Origin: Antedon mediterranea
Taxonomy: Eukaryota; Animalia; Echinodermata
Assembly (NCBI RefSeq): GCF_964355755.1
Contig: NC_092675.1
Coordinates: forward strand, 18,758,912 to 18,822,911
Length of the DNA stretch: 64,000 nucleotides
Reading direction: 5' to 3'
A program made the translations under genes and the position numbers. The notes under the pieces are model-generated. The model made no database searches. It saw only the letters and a list, made by a program, of their open reading frames with translations, and was not told the DNA's origin. Shown here in pieces: positions 14,400 to 34,232 of this stretch. How positions within the stretch are numbered: the stretch's first letter is position 1; every line of letters starts with the position of its first letter.

Positions 14400-14931
14400 G
14401 TGTGCGCATGTCCAGTCCTAGTTTCCAAATACACATTTTTCAGCCGTAGTAAACAAAACTATAATTCTCAAGAAGGAGCGGCGCGCGAAAAAATAAAACA
14501 ATATACAAAATTCGGAGACATTATACATTTATTATATAGGTTTTACAAAAATTGCGCCGCCAGCGACAACCTAAAATCGAATACTAGCTCTCTCTCTCCT
14601 CCTCTCGCTCGTCGCCGCCGTGTTTCGTATCCTCATGTGTGTGGTGGGCCTAGGGTAACATAAAATCGTAGCATATCGGCTACAAATTGTTTACGTCTGA
14701 TGTTATATATTCGTTGGAAAAAACCATATATGTTCAGATGTTAAATTTGGTTGACTGTACTATTATATATACTAGGCTAAGCCTCATAAGTTGTTTAGAA
14801 TAGGCTAGGCGGCCGACTGGCTATACCGCCCTACTGTTTGTTCGTCGGCGGGGAGCCAGCTCTTCCCTCCCGGACTGAGATTGGGTCAGTGTGTCTAGGC
14901 CTAAGTGATCTGGTTGACAGGCCAAAACAGT
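14400..14931 (+). promoter_or_regulatory. probable METAP1 promoter / 5' region
   Basis: CpG-rich patch in AT-rich DNA just upstream of the ATG. It contains an E2F-type site GCGCGCGAAA (14481-14490) and a pyrimidine tract (14588-14607). Confidence 0.45.
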
Positions 14932-17900
14932 ATGTCGGGTGCACGAATATGCGAAACAGATGGATGTGGAAAAGAATCACGCTTGCAATGCCCAACATGC
15001 ATTAAATTAAGCATCGACGGTTCATATTTCTGCTCACAGGTAACTAATTCATGCATAGAATAGATTCCTAGATTCCTTCCATATTGCCATGCCATTGTTA
15101 TTGTTATTGCTATGATTAAAGACTAACATTTATGGGATCTAGAGCTAGCCTAGTAGTAGTAATACTAATAGGTCCTAGAGGCCTATGTGGTACCATATCA
15201 AAGCTTCTGGCTGCTATAAATTAAAGGTATAACATAATATAAAGAATAACATTAGGCCTATAGATAGATTACCAATTTAAAAATGTCTTACTAGGCCTAC
15301 TTTGTTTTGGGGAAATGGTGAGTATTAATAAATGTCTGCCAACTTTACGATGGTCAGTAAAAAAAGTGGTTTTGCAATGGAGCACATCCTTCACAATGCC
15401 AACCACTACACTCGCCACAATGCCAACCACTACCCTCGCCATAATGCCAACCACTACACTTGCCACAATGCCAACCACTACACTCGCCATAATGCTAACC
15501 ACTACACTCGCCATAATGCTAACCACTACACTCGCCATAATGCCAACCACTACACTCGCCACATAACCAACCACTACACTCGCCACAATGCCAACCACTA
15601 CACTCGCCACAAAACCAACCACTACACTCGCCACAAAACCAACCACTACACTCGCCATAATGCCAATCACTACACTCGCCATAATGCCAACCACTACACT
15701 CGCCACAAAACCAACCACTACACTCGCCACAGTGCCAACCACTACACTGGCCACAAAACCAACCACTACACTCGCCATAATGCTAACCACTACACTCGCC
15801 ACAATGCCAACCACTACACTTGCCACAATGCCAACCACTACACTCGCCACAATGCCAACCACTACACTCGCCACAATTCCAACCACTACACTCTCCACAA
15901 TGACAACCACTACACTCGCCACAACGCCAACCACTACACTCGCCACAATGCCAACCACTACCCTCGCCACAATGCTAACCACTACACTCGCCACAATGCC
16001 AACCACTAACCTCGCCATAATGCCAACCATTGCACTCGCCACAATGCCAACCACTACACTCGCCATAAAACCAACCACTAACCTCGCCATAATGCCAACC
16101 ATTGCACTCGCCACAAAACCAACCACTACCCTCGCCATAAAACCAACCACTACACTCGCCACAATGCCAACCACTACACTCTCCACAATGACAACCACTA
16201 CACTCGCCACAACGCCAACCACTACACTCGCCACAATGCCAACCACTACACTCGCCACAATGCCAACCACTACACTCTCCACAATGACAACCACTACACT
16301 CGCCACAACGCCAACCACTACACTCGCCACAATGCCAACCACTACCCTCGCCACAATGCTAACCACTACACTCGCCACAATGCCAACCACTAACCTCGCC
16401 ATAATGCCAACCACTGCACTCGCCACAATGCCAACCACTACACTCACCACAAAACCAACCACTACCCTCGCCATAATGCCAACTTACAACACTCCACAAA
16501 ACAACTGCTCTACACTCACCACAACACCAACCGCTACACTCGCCTCAACGCCAACCACTACACTCACCACAACGCCAACCACTACCCTCACCACAACACC
16601 AACTGCTACACTCGCAACAAAGCCAACCACCGGCTACACTCGCCATAATGCCAACCGCTGGCTACACTCGCTTGAATGCCAACCACTGGCTACACTCGCT
16701 ACAATGTCAAACACAAACATTAAAAGTGATAGTTGTTGGAGCTTTGGAAAATATACTGTATCATGTCATAAAATGAAGCAGAATTTTTCAAATGGGTTGT
16801 GGACAGATTATCTAGCTGCACAATTTAAAAACAAAATATCATGAATAACCTAAAAAATATACTAAAAATTGTGTAGGGCACAGGCCCAGTATGTGTGAGC
16901 TTCTCGCTCTCTCTTCTTTTTGGCTTTGTAAGTTTTTAATAATCTTCAGTAAATGTGTTTTTTTTATGGTTTTTACACATTATTTTTATGGTTTTTACAC
17001 ATTTTTCCTATACTTTACTGCATACAACATAGAGATTTCCAAATTTGTTTACAATAAACCCAACTTTTAGTGATGTAATCACAGTTCAAAATTGTCACTA
17101 AATCTCTTTCAATAATATAAATCATATCAAACCATTCATTGTTCCATTACTGGTATTGTAATACCTTTTGAATGTGAGTTTTTTTTATGGAATTTAATAG
17201 GATTTTGAATTAATGCTACAGTGTAAGTTTAGAACCATGACTAGAAAGTTAAAATGCATACATTAAATTGTTATTGTATGGATTTAGACATTGTAAATCA
17301 CCACATGGGGATATTATCCAAATACAAGATACTGCTCTTAAATCTGGTAGTGTCATGTTGTCTGCCATACAAGATATGATTCATATCTTAAAAACTGTAT
17401 TCAAACTGAAACTGTGTTTTTAAAAGTGACTATTTACAAATGAGATTTAAATCTTATAGTACAATAAGTATCATTGTAAATTGATAATGTATTCTAGAGT
17501 GAAAAATTCTTTGTCTTGTAAGTTGAATTGCTTGTATATGATGATAAATGGTTTTATTTGTATTAAATTTAGTGCAATAAGACATAAAGCTGTTTATATG
17601 TGCCAAATAAAGATTGCATTTGCTAGGAAAACAAAATTCATTGTCATCAATTTACATGTAATGCTCTTAAAGTTGGTCTGAAATATGTCTTTGTTATTCA
17701 TTTTATTCTCTGTAGTATTATTTAAGTAATCTTTGCTTGGTCTTTAGTTTGAAAAGTAAAATGTCAAATTCAATGTTCATTCCTGGGTTCATTTACGTCC
17801 CTAAATTATAAAATATTGTTGTGGTTAAAATTACTAATTTTCTTGGAAGATATGTAAGCTTGTTGAACTGGTCATGGAAACATTTGATTCCCTATTGGCA

Positions 17901-20900
17901 TGAGTGTTAACTAACTGTATTATTGTACTTAGTCTATTTTTGTAATAATTTATTGTGCTTGTATTGTTTGTTGGTTGGAAAGACACGCCCTTTGACACGC
18001 CCTTTGACACGCCCTTTGGCAATAGTTGTCTTTGACAGTTCTTGTGTCTCCTCAGTGCTACCTTTTCATGTTTCACCGAAAGGAATAAATAAATATATTA
18101 AAGATATATTTTCCCCCTGGAAAAACACTGTAATTTGTTTTTTTTTTAAATTCTTAAATAGTTAATGTCACATAATTTTTTTATTCATTTTGACCCAAAT
18201 TGTCATTCTCAGTCAAAAATTGGGTTCTGGTTAAATGTTATCGTTAATTCTTTTGAAAGATAACTATCTACAATACATACAGATTTACTAGAAAGCCACT
18301 CCGAGAGTGCATACTTCCACCCACTGTAAAATTCTTCTATATCAGATTTAGTCACCGGAAAATGTGTGTCTTAATGCTGTGTGTGGCTAAGGCTAATTTC
18401 ACTACAAACATGTGCGAGTTTGGTGTAAAGGTTATGTAACCCGCCTTTCAACTAACAATAGCTTCAGCCGAATAACAATAGAACGGAAACGCAAAAAACA
18501 AACGAATGAATTTGAAAATAAATAGGGTTTTTTAAACTACTCGCATAAACAAACTTGTACATTAAATCTAATTATGTTTTAAAATTACAAATCACAAAAT
18601 ATAATTCTTGCCGCTTATACAAAAATGAAGTTTATTGGACAAGTAGTTCTCAAGAAAATACAATTTGAGTTTACTTGTTACTTTAAGACTGCCCACCGAC
18701 TTTTGAAATTTCTGTCCTATCTTTTAACACTAGCAAGTCTGAAAATAATTTTCAAAAGTGGTCCAGAATTGGGACCGTGGTCCGGATTGCCTCTAAAATG
18801 GAGTAGTCCTTGACCACATATCTATCTGTATTTTCATTTTGGGAAAGATGTTGTCATTAGTTTTTGAGTAATCCTGCTAACAAACAAACACACGCAACTG
18901 ATTACATATACCTCCTTGGCGGAGGTAATCTATGATTAATGAATGTTTCTTTGTTTTTATTTGAATCTGTATTCCATAGGACTGTTTCAAAGCCAACTGG
19001 GCAGTTCACAAGGCTGTACATAAAAAACAGAGAATGAAAGATCATATGGCAAAGGAAAATGCAAACCCCTGGCCTGGGTATGTGTACTCAGGACCACTAA
19101 GACCACATATAGTTGTAAGTATACACTAAACATTTCTAGCATAATTGTCCCTGACCATGTCCAAGTACTGTCCACACCTCTATGATGTTTATTGTTTTAT
19201 TTCTAACATAAGGGCTATTCACACTTAGTTATTTACCAGAGTATGTTTATTACCAACTTACTACAGGTAGGAACCAACATACCACAAGTAAAAATCTATG
19301 TTGGAACAGTCCCATAATGGCAATGTCCCTTGTCTGGGACTATGTATACAACTAAAACTTACAAGTACAACAAGTATAGATTTTAATTTCTATCGTTATT
19401 TTCACAATTCAAACCCTGATACAAGACAAAATACATTGTCCACAATTATGGTTTTAAGATGTTTTATATTATTTATTTTTATAGTCACCCAAAAGAGAAG
19501 TTCTACCAGAGATAGATAAACCTGATTATGCCTCTGATGTGAAAGGTAAGAATGAATGAGTACTTCTATTTTTATGATTGTCTTAAACCTCGGTATTTCT
19601 GGGTTTTATTTGATAGCGTACAAATTACAATGTCTTTACATTCTATTGTCACAGTAGACATGTATATTTAAGTTATAATATTCAAGAACATGAAATATAA
19701 GTAAAATCACAATGATAAAAATAAGGGTTTGTTCTTAATGAGGAGTTTTATCTGTTATTACGTGACTTACACTGGTTGCCTGTAGAGCAGCGCATTCGTT
19801 TTAAAATCCTGTTGCTGACATATAAGGCCATCAACGGATGTGCTCCAGCCTACATATGTGACATCATTACTCTGTCAACAAACTCTACGCTTCGTTCATC
19901 CAGCAGACTTCTTCTTAAACCTGGACCCCGTTCCAGAACTCGGTTTTACGGTGATCGTGCTTTCGCTGTCGCTTCCCCAAAACTCTGGAACACTCTACCC
20001 CTCGAAATACGCTCATCAAAATCTGTAATCACATTTAAAACTAAACTCAAAACTCATCTCTTCAGAGAAGCATAATCACACGCTACTACTTGCACAGATC
20101 TTGGAAAACACAGCGCTTTAAAATCTTTGTCTCTTGCGCTTTATAAATGTTATTTATTATTATTTATTTATTATTATAACATTTATGTGAAAATAACATG
20201 CAGTTGATGATAATGAGTTTTGAATGATGCGTTTATAATAGGTTATCCTGCTAGTGAGATGGCAGTTAGAGGGAGTACACAGATTAAGGTGCTAAGTTCA
20301 GAAGAAATAGAAATCCTTCGAGAGACATGCCGAGTGAGTAATTGCAATGGAAATATTTCTCAGTAAAGCTTCGTCTACACTATCAAACTAGTTTGACAAA
20401 AAAAATTGTTCCTGTGAATTGCCCAAATATGGTAATATGCCAAAGTTTGGTAGTGATATAATGTCATCGTGTCCATATCACATACATTTTGAGTGTAGAC
20501 AGAGCTTTAGAGGCATGTTTTATTTATTGTTTTTTTCTTTTGTTTGTATTTCATATAAGATATACATTAAAATCTTGAAGTACGGTATTATAATATAATA
20601 CGATGAAAACATGGATCTGGAAAATTTCCATTAAGACTTAAATTTGCTAGAAATGCAATACTAATATGGTATAATATTGCAAACTGTTCCTAAGTCAGGG
20701 AGGAAATTTGCATGTTTTTTTAAATATTAAAATGTATCTTTATGTTTCATACGTGATACTCTGTATATAAAATGTAACTGTGTGAAAACTTACCCTGGTA
20801 AATACCTTATAGCCAGAAAAGCCCCATAATTGCAACTGACAAGACTCACAGTTGGCAAGAAGTATAATATATTTTAATGTCTATCTTTGATTTTCACAAT

Positions 20901-23900
20901 TCAAACTCCTGCCGATGGTATGCAAAACAACATTTATTTTTGCTGTTTTTAATTTATTTATTAATTTATTTAGTTGTATTATTTTGCCATTATTTAGCTA
21001 TGTTCAAAGCATTGATGTATTGCACAATATACAATCAACAACCAAAATATATTTATCTTTATACAGTATGTTTCATATTTTTTAAATATATGATTTTGCC
21101 CAAAGATACAAGTAAAATGGCTGCCATTTAAAATCTTAACTTAATTTAGTTTCACTTTTGTCCCATTCTTCAGCTACATTCAAAACAAAGCATAATGTAT
21201 TGCAGAACACACTCAACAACCAAAATAATGTTTTATATTTCTCTTCATACTATGTTTTATATTTCAAATATATGATGTTGCCCAAAGATACAAGTAAAAT
21301 GGCTGCAATTTATCTTAAATTTAACTTAACTTTTTGTTTCCCCACAGGCCTTCAATTTAAACGAGAGAGTTAATGTTAAAGAGTGTTATTAATAGTTGAT
21401 GGAGTAGTATTAATGAATGATTGATTCATTAGACCTTGCATGCTGTTGTGGTGCCAAAAAAATAAACTCTTAATTTATTTTCCTTGCTATAAGGCGGGTT
21501 CAGGGGACACCATCCTCGCCCCTCTCACTAACTCTTCCTAAAATGTGAATGTACAATGCAAAAAGATAGGACATTATGTTAAATGCAGCACTTCATTTTA
21601 CAATTGTTAGGCCCTAAGCCCTTCTGTTTCAAAATTCTTGATCCGCCATTCAATATGTTTTAATCATGAATATTTTTATTTACGTTTTCTTCAGTTAGGG
21701 AGAGAAGTTTTAGACATTGCATATAGTGCAGTTAAAGTTGGCGTGACTACCGACGAAATAGATCAAATAGTTCATGATGCTTGTATGGAACGCAACTGTT
21801 ATCCTTCACCGTTAAATTACCACCAGTTTCCAAAATCTTGTTGCACGTAAGGATATTTTATTTAAACAAGCTTGAATTAGTAAAAAGTGTCATGAATACT
21901 GTATGTTGAATAATACATTTAAACTTGCATTAACAGTAGGCCAAAAGCTAGATATGCCCCTGGTTACGTTGTATGTTTGTAATAATTAAATGTTTAGAAA
22001 AAACTACAATACAACAGCTTAAACGTAATGCAATGGGGATCTAGGGTTTTTGATTAAAAAAAAAGAGTATTTATCACCAGCAAGATGATTGTCAGAAATG
22101 TCATAGATGTTCTAAGGTTAATGGGTTTATTGATAATGGTTTTAATGTACTTTGTGATTAAATACTGTATACTTGCCAATAACAAATTCTGACAGTGACA
22201 ATCGTCAATATTGGAGTCCATGCAAAGTCCGCCCACGGTTCTTTAGTGTGCACTTTATTTAAATCTGTCAATCAGATGACATTTTAGTTTTTATTTGACA
22301 TTCAATTGTTGATTTATCGTTTAAAAGGAATAATCATCTTTTGAATTTTAACTTTTCAATAGGTGTGTTTTTTTTTTAGGTATAACACTTATTTTTAAAG
22401 GTCAAATAAAAGATGATAATTTAAGTAATGTTTGCTTGCTATATTTATTCTTTTGTTATTTGAAACGTATTTAAGTGCTGCGATGTTAAGGAGAGCCAAG
22501 ATGTCATTTTAGTTTGTGCAGCATTTGTATTAAGTATAGCCTTTCAGTATGTTAACAGTATAGAATTTCTACAGTAGACAGAGTGCAGATGAATTTCTAT
22601 TTTTTGCAATTTGAATCGTTTAGAAACTTTATCGGATACACCTAACCTCAATGATTTATTGTTGATAATTAATAACTACACATTTTATTGATAGTTTCCT
22701 AGAATTTTGAAAGGTTGCAAATTTGATTTAAAACGTGTATGGCGTTGAACATGTTGGTTGTCACTGTGATATTCCCTAATATATACTATAAACTATCATC
22801 AAATTTAGCTTGTAATGTAAAAGTTGTGTAGCATCTGTAGGTAGAAGCTTCCTGCATTTCATTTTTGGTGTTATGAGGTCAGAGGAGGAATATCCCTCCT
22901 AAGTTCAAAGGTTGGTAATATTTTTACCTTTTGATTTTCAGGATCAAAGGTCAAGTTTAAATTGTGTGTGTTTTTTATTTGTAGCTCTGTTAATGAAGTT
23001 ATATGTCATGGAATACCTGATGGAAGACCATTAGAAGATGGAGACATTGTGAACAGTATGTACAGGTGTTTTTCAATAATTAGAATATTTTCTAAGTTTC
23101 GCCTCGTGAATAAAAATACTGAAAGATGAGTGCGTATCAATTTGATCTCTGTTGCGCGTGCGTACAACTGAGGACTAGTGCTGTTCCGCCGTACCACGCC
23201 GAGAGTGTTAAAGAGTCGCTATCCAATCGAGTTCGAACAATACCATGAAAGCCCCAGTGGTCTAATGGTTAGGACATCTGCATATCAAGCAGGCAGTCCG
23301 AGTTTGAGTCTTGGTTGGGGCGACTTTTTCTCATTCTCACAGATTTCCTCATCTTTATCGTTTCAAATTAAAATTATATATATATTTATGTACATTATTT
23401 TTACAAAACGACAACAATTGCAGGTCTTGGGGATTTAACTAAAAATGAATATATTTGTTTCGTAAACATACAAAATGGCTATCAGATGTATTGTATAAAT
23501 GAAGCCTACAGTATGTCACCATGTATAGTCAATGGATTGCCAAGAAATGATGTATAAGACAAGGTTAATTTTAAAGAAAAAAAACGATAACACACGATAA
23601 TACTATTCTGTTTCAAGTTGTTTAAAATCAAGTTTTTTAGCTAGTGAATTCGATTAATTACTTTATATTTCTGCCAAAGTAGGATTAAATTTATACTTTT
23701 TTTAAAGGTCTCATTAACTATGTGGTATTCCCAACTGGTTGTGTGCGGGTACTAAATAGTTTAAAATGTAATGTCCGAATATTCCTTGAGGTTGTTTAGA
23801 TTGTTTATTCGTCAAAGAATCCATCACGTATCACAACTATCTAGTATTTGAAATTTGCAATCTTAAATATTACAGTATCGGAAAAAATTTAAATTAATGC

Positions 23901-26900
23901 TTATTGCCTGGGGATAAATTTGTTTTATTTTGTATCTTAAAAGCCTAAGTATGTGTAAGTGCAAAATGTCACAACATGAACATCCACAGGCAATATAAAG
24001 ATTATGGAATAACTTATTATATATAATTACATGCATTAGAATTTGTATGATGAACACCCAAGAAATAAAGTAAATGTGTTTTGAAATGATTTGTTTATGT
24101 ATTTAGGGAATTAACAAGAACACAAAGCACCTGGTACTAGTTCGATTAAGACAGATTTGTTTATGAATTATTCATGACAATATATAAATGACAGTTTTAT
24201 ACTGTAGCAATTTACGTTTCTTTATAGTTGACATTACAGTGTATTACAAAGGATTCCATGGCGATCTAAATGAAACTTTTTTTGTCGGTAAAGTTGATGA
24301 AGGAAGTAAAAACCTTGTAAAAGTGGCATATGATTGTCTAATGCAGGCAATAGATGAAGGTCAGTTTTTATTATAAACCAATTAACAAAATTAAATTGTT
24401 CACGATCGTTAGCTTTTTCTCCTATTTAATATACAGCCTGTCAGGAGAGGATAAAACCATAGATAAACTACCCACATACATACAGGGGTGAAAACATAAC
24501 CTAACATTTAATTTTGAGTCCAGTGGGTTAGCCCCTTTCTCACAGATGTGCCTACAATATACTGGTATTATGCTGGCGTCTTGCCGGTATCGTTACCGGC
24601 ATATACCCATTCTCATCGGACTATTGTGCCGGAAATATATAACCGGTATATACCGGCTTTCTGTGAGAAAGGAGTCTGGCATATTCGGCCAATAAAAAGT
24701 CTCTGACAAAATAATTATTGAGGGCGTCCTTTATTGTTATTATTTTTGTCTAGCGATATATGGCGGCGAATTATAAGTTACATATTATAATAATCTTCCT
24801 TTATAGAATATTTATGCAATACATGCTATATTGTGCATATATTATACAGGTACAGCAATTAATTAGCCGTCATCAGCAATCTGTAAAACACCTTAGAAGG
24901 CTGTACAATTTACAAGGCGACGAAGGGTCAGGCACCAACAAACAAAGAGCTATGAATGGCCTATAGTCTATAGATTATGCTACAAATTTCTTCTTGTCCC
25001 CTTATGTTAAGCAGCTCTCTTATCTCTTTATCCCTCCAGTTCGACATTATTATTGTTAATTTAATTTAATCGGCGCCAAAGTGATACACTTGACCGCGCA
25101 AGGTGTCAAAGCCTCGACGGGGAATTAAATATAACCCCGGAATATAACGGCGTTACGTTCTCACAGAATGCCCGTCTGGCATTGCGGGGAATATCCCTAG
25201 TAATATTACTAGGTCTAAAGCAGGTCATGTCGATGCCGGCATGATGCTAAGACGACCCGTTCTCACAGAAAACCATACCGGCATGGAAATGGTATATTCC
25301 CGCATATTCCTGGCACACAGCTCTGTGAGAAAGGGGATTAATTTCACTCTTTATTGGATTAACTAACTATAAAGCAGGTTTAAATGCATACAAGCATGGT
25401 CATTAAATAAACCTGTTTAGTAATGCCATGAAACATTATTATTTATATTGTTTCCTATAGTAGAGTGTGTTGAAACATTTACTACTTGTGGAATGAAACT
25501 GTCCTACTACTATGGTTTGTACAGTGGAGTAAAAAATCATATAAAACTCCTCAAATCCCACCATTTTAATTTGCACTTCCAACATTAATTAATTTAGTTC
25601 TTTTTACATTTCTGTTGATTGTTCAGCGCTTAGAGGTGCCCTGCATTTTGCGCTATATATAGATTGAACATTATCTACAATTAGAATACTCATTGAAATT
25701 CTGTTTTATATATGCAATAATTGCAGTGAGACCAGGAGTTCGTTATCGTGAGCTCGGTAACACCATAATGAAGCATGCACAGACCAATGGATGCTCTGTT
25801 GTACGTACATATTGTGGACATGGAATTCATCGCTTGTTTCATACAGCACCAAATGTACCACACTATGCTAGTAAGTATTACTGTAACAACAATAGGTTTC
25901 CTACATAAATTCTTTTTCAAATAATTCCATTCAATCTTTTATTTCGGAATTTCTAGTCCATAGTAAAAAGTAAAATTACATATAAATTAATAAAAAAAAA
26001 AAAGAAAGCTGTACTAATTACTACTACTCATCTCATGATGACATTCCACCTGGAGAGCATCTTTGACTTATCTAAAAGATTGTCTATAACTGTTAAGAAT
26101 AAAACATCTTTCATCAGGCCATATATCGATATTCTTAAAATTCATAAAAAGAAGAAATTCTACATTCCGTAATTGTACATGCTGTTTAACTAGACAAAGT
26201 TTGATTCGCTATATCAACTATAATATCTACATCATCAATTGTTTTACAAATACCCCCTAACGGATAAAGGAAACGGGCAAATGTACATGTGTGTTTTACG
26301 CGACTGAAACATTACTTCACTAATAAATTGGTGCGTTATCCAATAGGGAACCATCAGAAGTGATTGTACTGTAAATTGGTTTATTGATTACTGAATTTTG
26401 AATGTTCATGTCATGTTGCGGTACTGTATGCCTACACATTTTAACCATTAATCCAATTTATTTATTAGAAAACAAAGCAATTGGCGTGATGAAACCGGGG
26501 CATGTATTTACAATTGAACCAATGATTTCGGCAGGTAAGATATACAATACTAAAATAGAAAACGGTGTTTTTTGAATGATGAATATGATGATGTATGTGT
26601 TATTCACTCCACTCGCCATCGAATACAAGGGGGATACTTCCTATGTCCGAGGTATAACTTAAGCTTGGTTCCCACTAGAACGTAATGCAAGGACGTAAAC
26701 GCAAGCGTTTTAACCAATGACAAGCGAAGTTATAGACAGTCCGCAATCACAAGCGAATAAGCCATCGCTTGTGATTAGTCAATTCACTTACGTTGCGTTA
26801 CGTCCTTGCGTCGCTAGTGGGAACCACGCTTTAGGGTGAAGCGTGGCTACCGATAATGCACTGTGACCAGATGTCTAAACGTAGGTTGTCTGCTGACCTT

Positions 26901-27403
26901 GGAGGTTGAAGAAAATGTTCTTAATGTCAATAAAGATAGATTTTGATATTGTAAATTGTATAGCGTACTTCTACCTCCATAAAAACCTCTTATTAATTCC
27001 TTTTTTACATAGAAGTAACACTATATATAATGCAGGAGTAAAATGTCTGTAGTAAAATTAAAGTAACTTGTTCAGACGAGTGGGCAGTCTTAAGCTCTTT
27101 CTAAACCATCAAACTAATTTGACAAAAAAATGTGTCCATATATGGGCACATCACATTTTGTTGTCGCATAAAGTTTGATAGCGAGTGTAGACAAGGCTTA
27201 AGTTTCAAACTGTAATTTCAGGAACATGGAAAGACCGAACATGGCCAGATAATTGGACGGCAGTCACAGAAGATGGTAAACGTTCAGCACAGTTTGAGCA
27301 CACACTTGTTGTCACGGAAACAGGATGCGAAATACTCACTATACGACCAGAACAAAATAGACGAGGTCATTTCTTAGATCAACTAGATAAAGAGAATGCT
27401 TAA
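14932..27403 (+). CDS. METAP1: methionine aminopeptidase 1 (type Ib, N-terminal zinc finger), 380 aa
   Basis: join(14932-15039,18980-19114,19485-19545,20242-20333,21695-21846,22985-23055,24228-24359,25727-25870,26469-26534,27222-27403) = 1143 nt. All introns are GT-AG and phases are consistent. Motifs: [12 protein letters not shown]…LQCPTCIKL…[83 protein letters not shown]. Confidence 0.97.
15392..16708. repeat. 24-bp minisatellite (ACAATGCCAACCACTACACTCGCC), about 55 copies, in METAP1 intron 1
   Basis: The period is read directly. It explains the repetitive ORFs (TMPTTTLA)n, (HNANHYTR)n and (VVGIVASV)n. The array degenerates after about 16480. Confidence 0.95.
17982..18018. repeat. 12-bp tandem repeat (GACACGCCCTTT)x3
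   Basis: Read directly. Confidence 0.8.
18287..18929 (-). mobile_element. non-autonomous Helentron-type element (HINE/DINE-1-like)
   Basis: The minus strand starts ATTACCTCCGCCAAGGAGGTATATG… with a GTTT microsatellite. It ends with an inverted sub-terminal copy (GGTGGAAGTA), a hairpin GCACTCTCGGAGTG and CTAGT. Confidence 0.75.
19751..20178 (+). mobile_element. 3' end of an L2/CR1-group LINE
   Basis: Encodes [21 protein letters not shown]…[17 protein letters not shown]…[10 protein letters not shown], a typical ORF2 C-terminus. It is followed by a short 3' UTR and a (TTA/TTTA)n tail. Confidence 0.85.
20367..20506. mobile_element. Harbinger/PIF-type MITE family A
   Basis: TIRs are AGCT(T/C)(C/T)GTCTACAC…GTGTAGACAGAGCT, flanked by TAA/TTA. 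Related copies or fragments lie at about 6450-6540, 27092-27198, 46920-47026 and 54861-54940. Confidence 0.7.
23251..23322 (+). tRNA. tRNA-like cloverleaf, anticodon ATC (Asp-like); probably a pseudo-tRNA or a tRNA-derived repeat
   Basis: 72 nt. Acceptor stem GCCCCAG/TTGGGGC, D-stem GTCT/GGAC, anticodon stem TCTGC/GCAGG with ATC at positions 34-36 (23284-23286), T-stem CCGAG/CTTGG with loop TTTGAGT. The discriminator is G and a TTTTT run follows. Confidence 0.6.
24531..25337. mobile_element. Harbinger/PIF-type non-autonomous element, about 807 bp
   Basis: TIRs CCCCTTTCTCACAGA / TCTGTGAGAAAGGGG with TTA on both flanks. TTCTCACAGA recurs internally in both orientations (about 24660, 25159, 25260). 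Confidence 0.8.
26662..26830. mobile_element. Harbinger/PIF-type MITE family B, 169 bp
   Basis: TIRs AGCTTGGTTCCCACTAG / CTAGTGGGAACCACGCT with a TTA duplication on both sides. Related fragments lie at about 11365-11400, 11885-12005 and 40344-40368. Confidence 0.8.
27092..27198. mobile_element. MITE family A copy
   Basis: AAGCTCTTTCTAAACCATCAAACT…AGTTTGATAGCGAGTGTAGACAAGGCT. It shares internal sequence with the 20367 copy. Confidence 0.6.
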
Positions 27404-27429
27404 TTATTTCATGCATTTATTTGAATACA

Positions 27430-27440
27430 AATAAATAAAA
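27430..27440 (+). terminator. candidate METAP1 polyadenylation signal (AATAAA, tandem)
   Basis: AAATAAATAAAA about 27 nt after the stop codon, followed by T-rich sequence. Confidence 0.4.
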
Positions 27441-27671
27441 CTAAGACAAGGTTTATCTTTGTTTTCTTTAATTTTACTGTCTCTCTGAAAATATATTATT
27501 GTACTGTCTAAGTAATATATCTTTACCCCTTCTCAAAATTAGTATTTCAGAATATGTGTAAACATACTTATAAATCAATTAAAATGCGACATTTAACAAT
27601 CTATAAAGTAGTATTGTTTTCCATTATTTCTCGTTAAACTTGACCTTATTAGACACAATGTCTCTTTCTTT

Positions 27672-34232
<6,561 letters not shown>

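Noticed and set aside
21-14400. Search for an EIF4E-like or other host gene upstream of METAP1, and the many 60-100 aa ORFs across the window
   Set aside because: No recognisable exons were found. The short ORFs are AT-rich chance frames, antisense shadows of real exons, or exons extended into introns.
15269-16844. 401-aa and 418-aa ORFs as real membrane or mucin proteins
   Set aside because: They are produced entirely by a 24-bp minisatellite inside METAP1 intron 1, open in several frames at once, with no signal peptide or convincing splice context.
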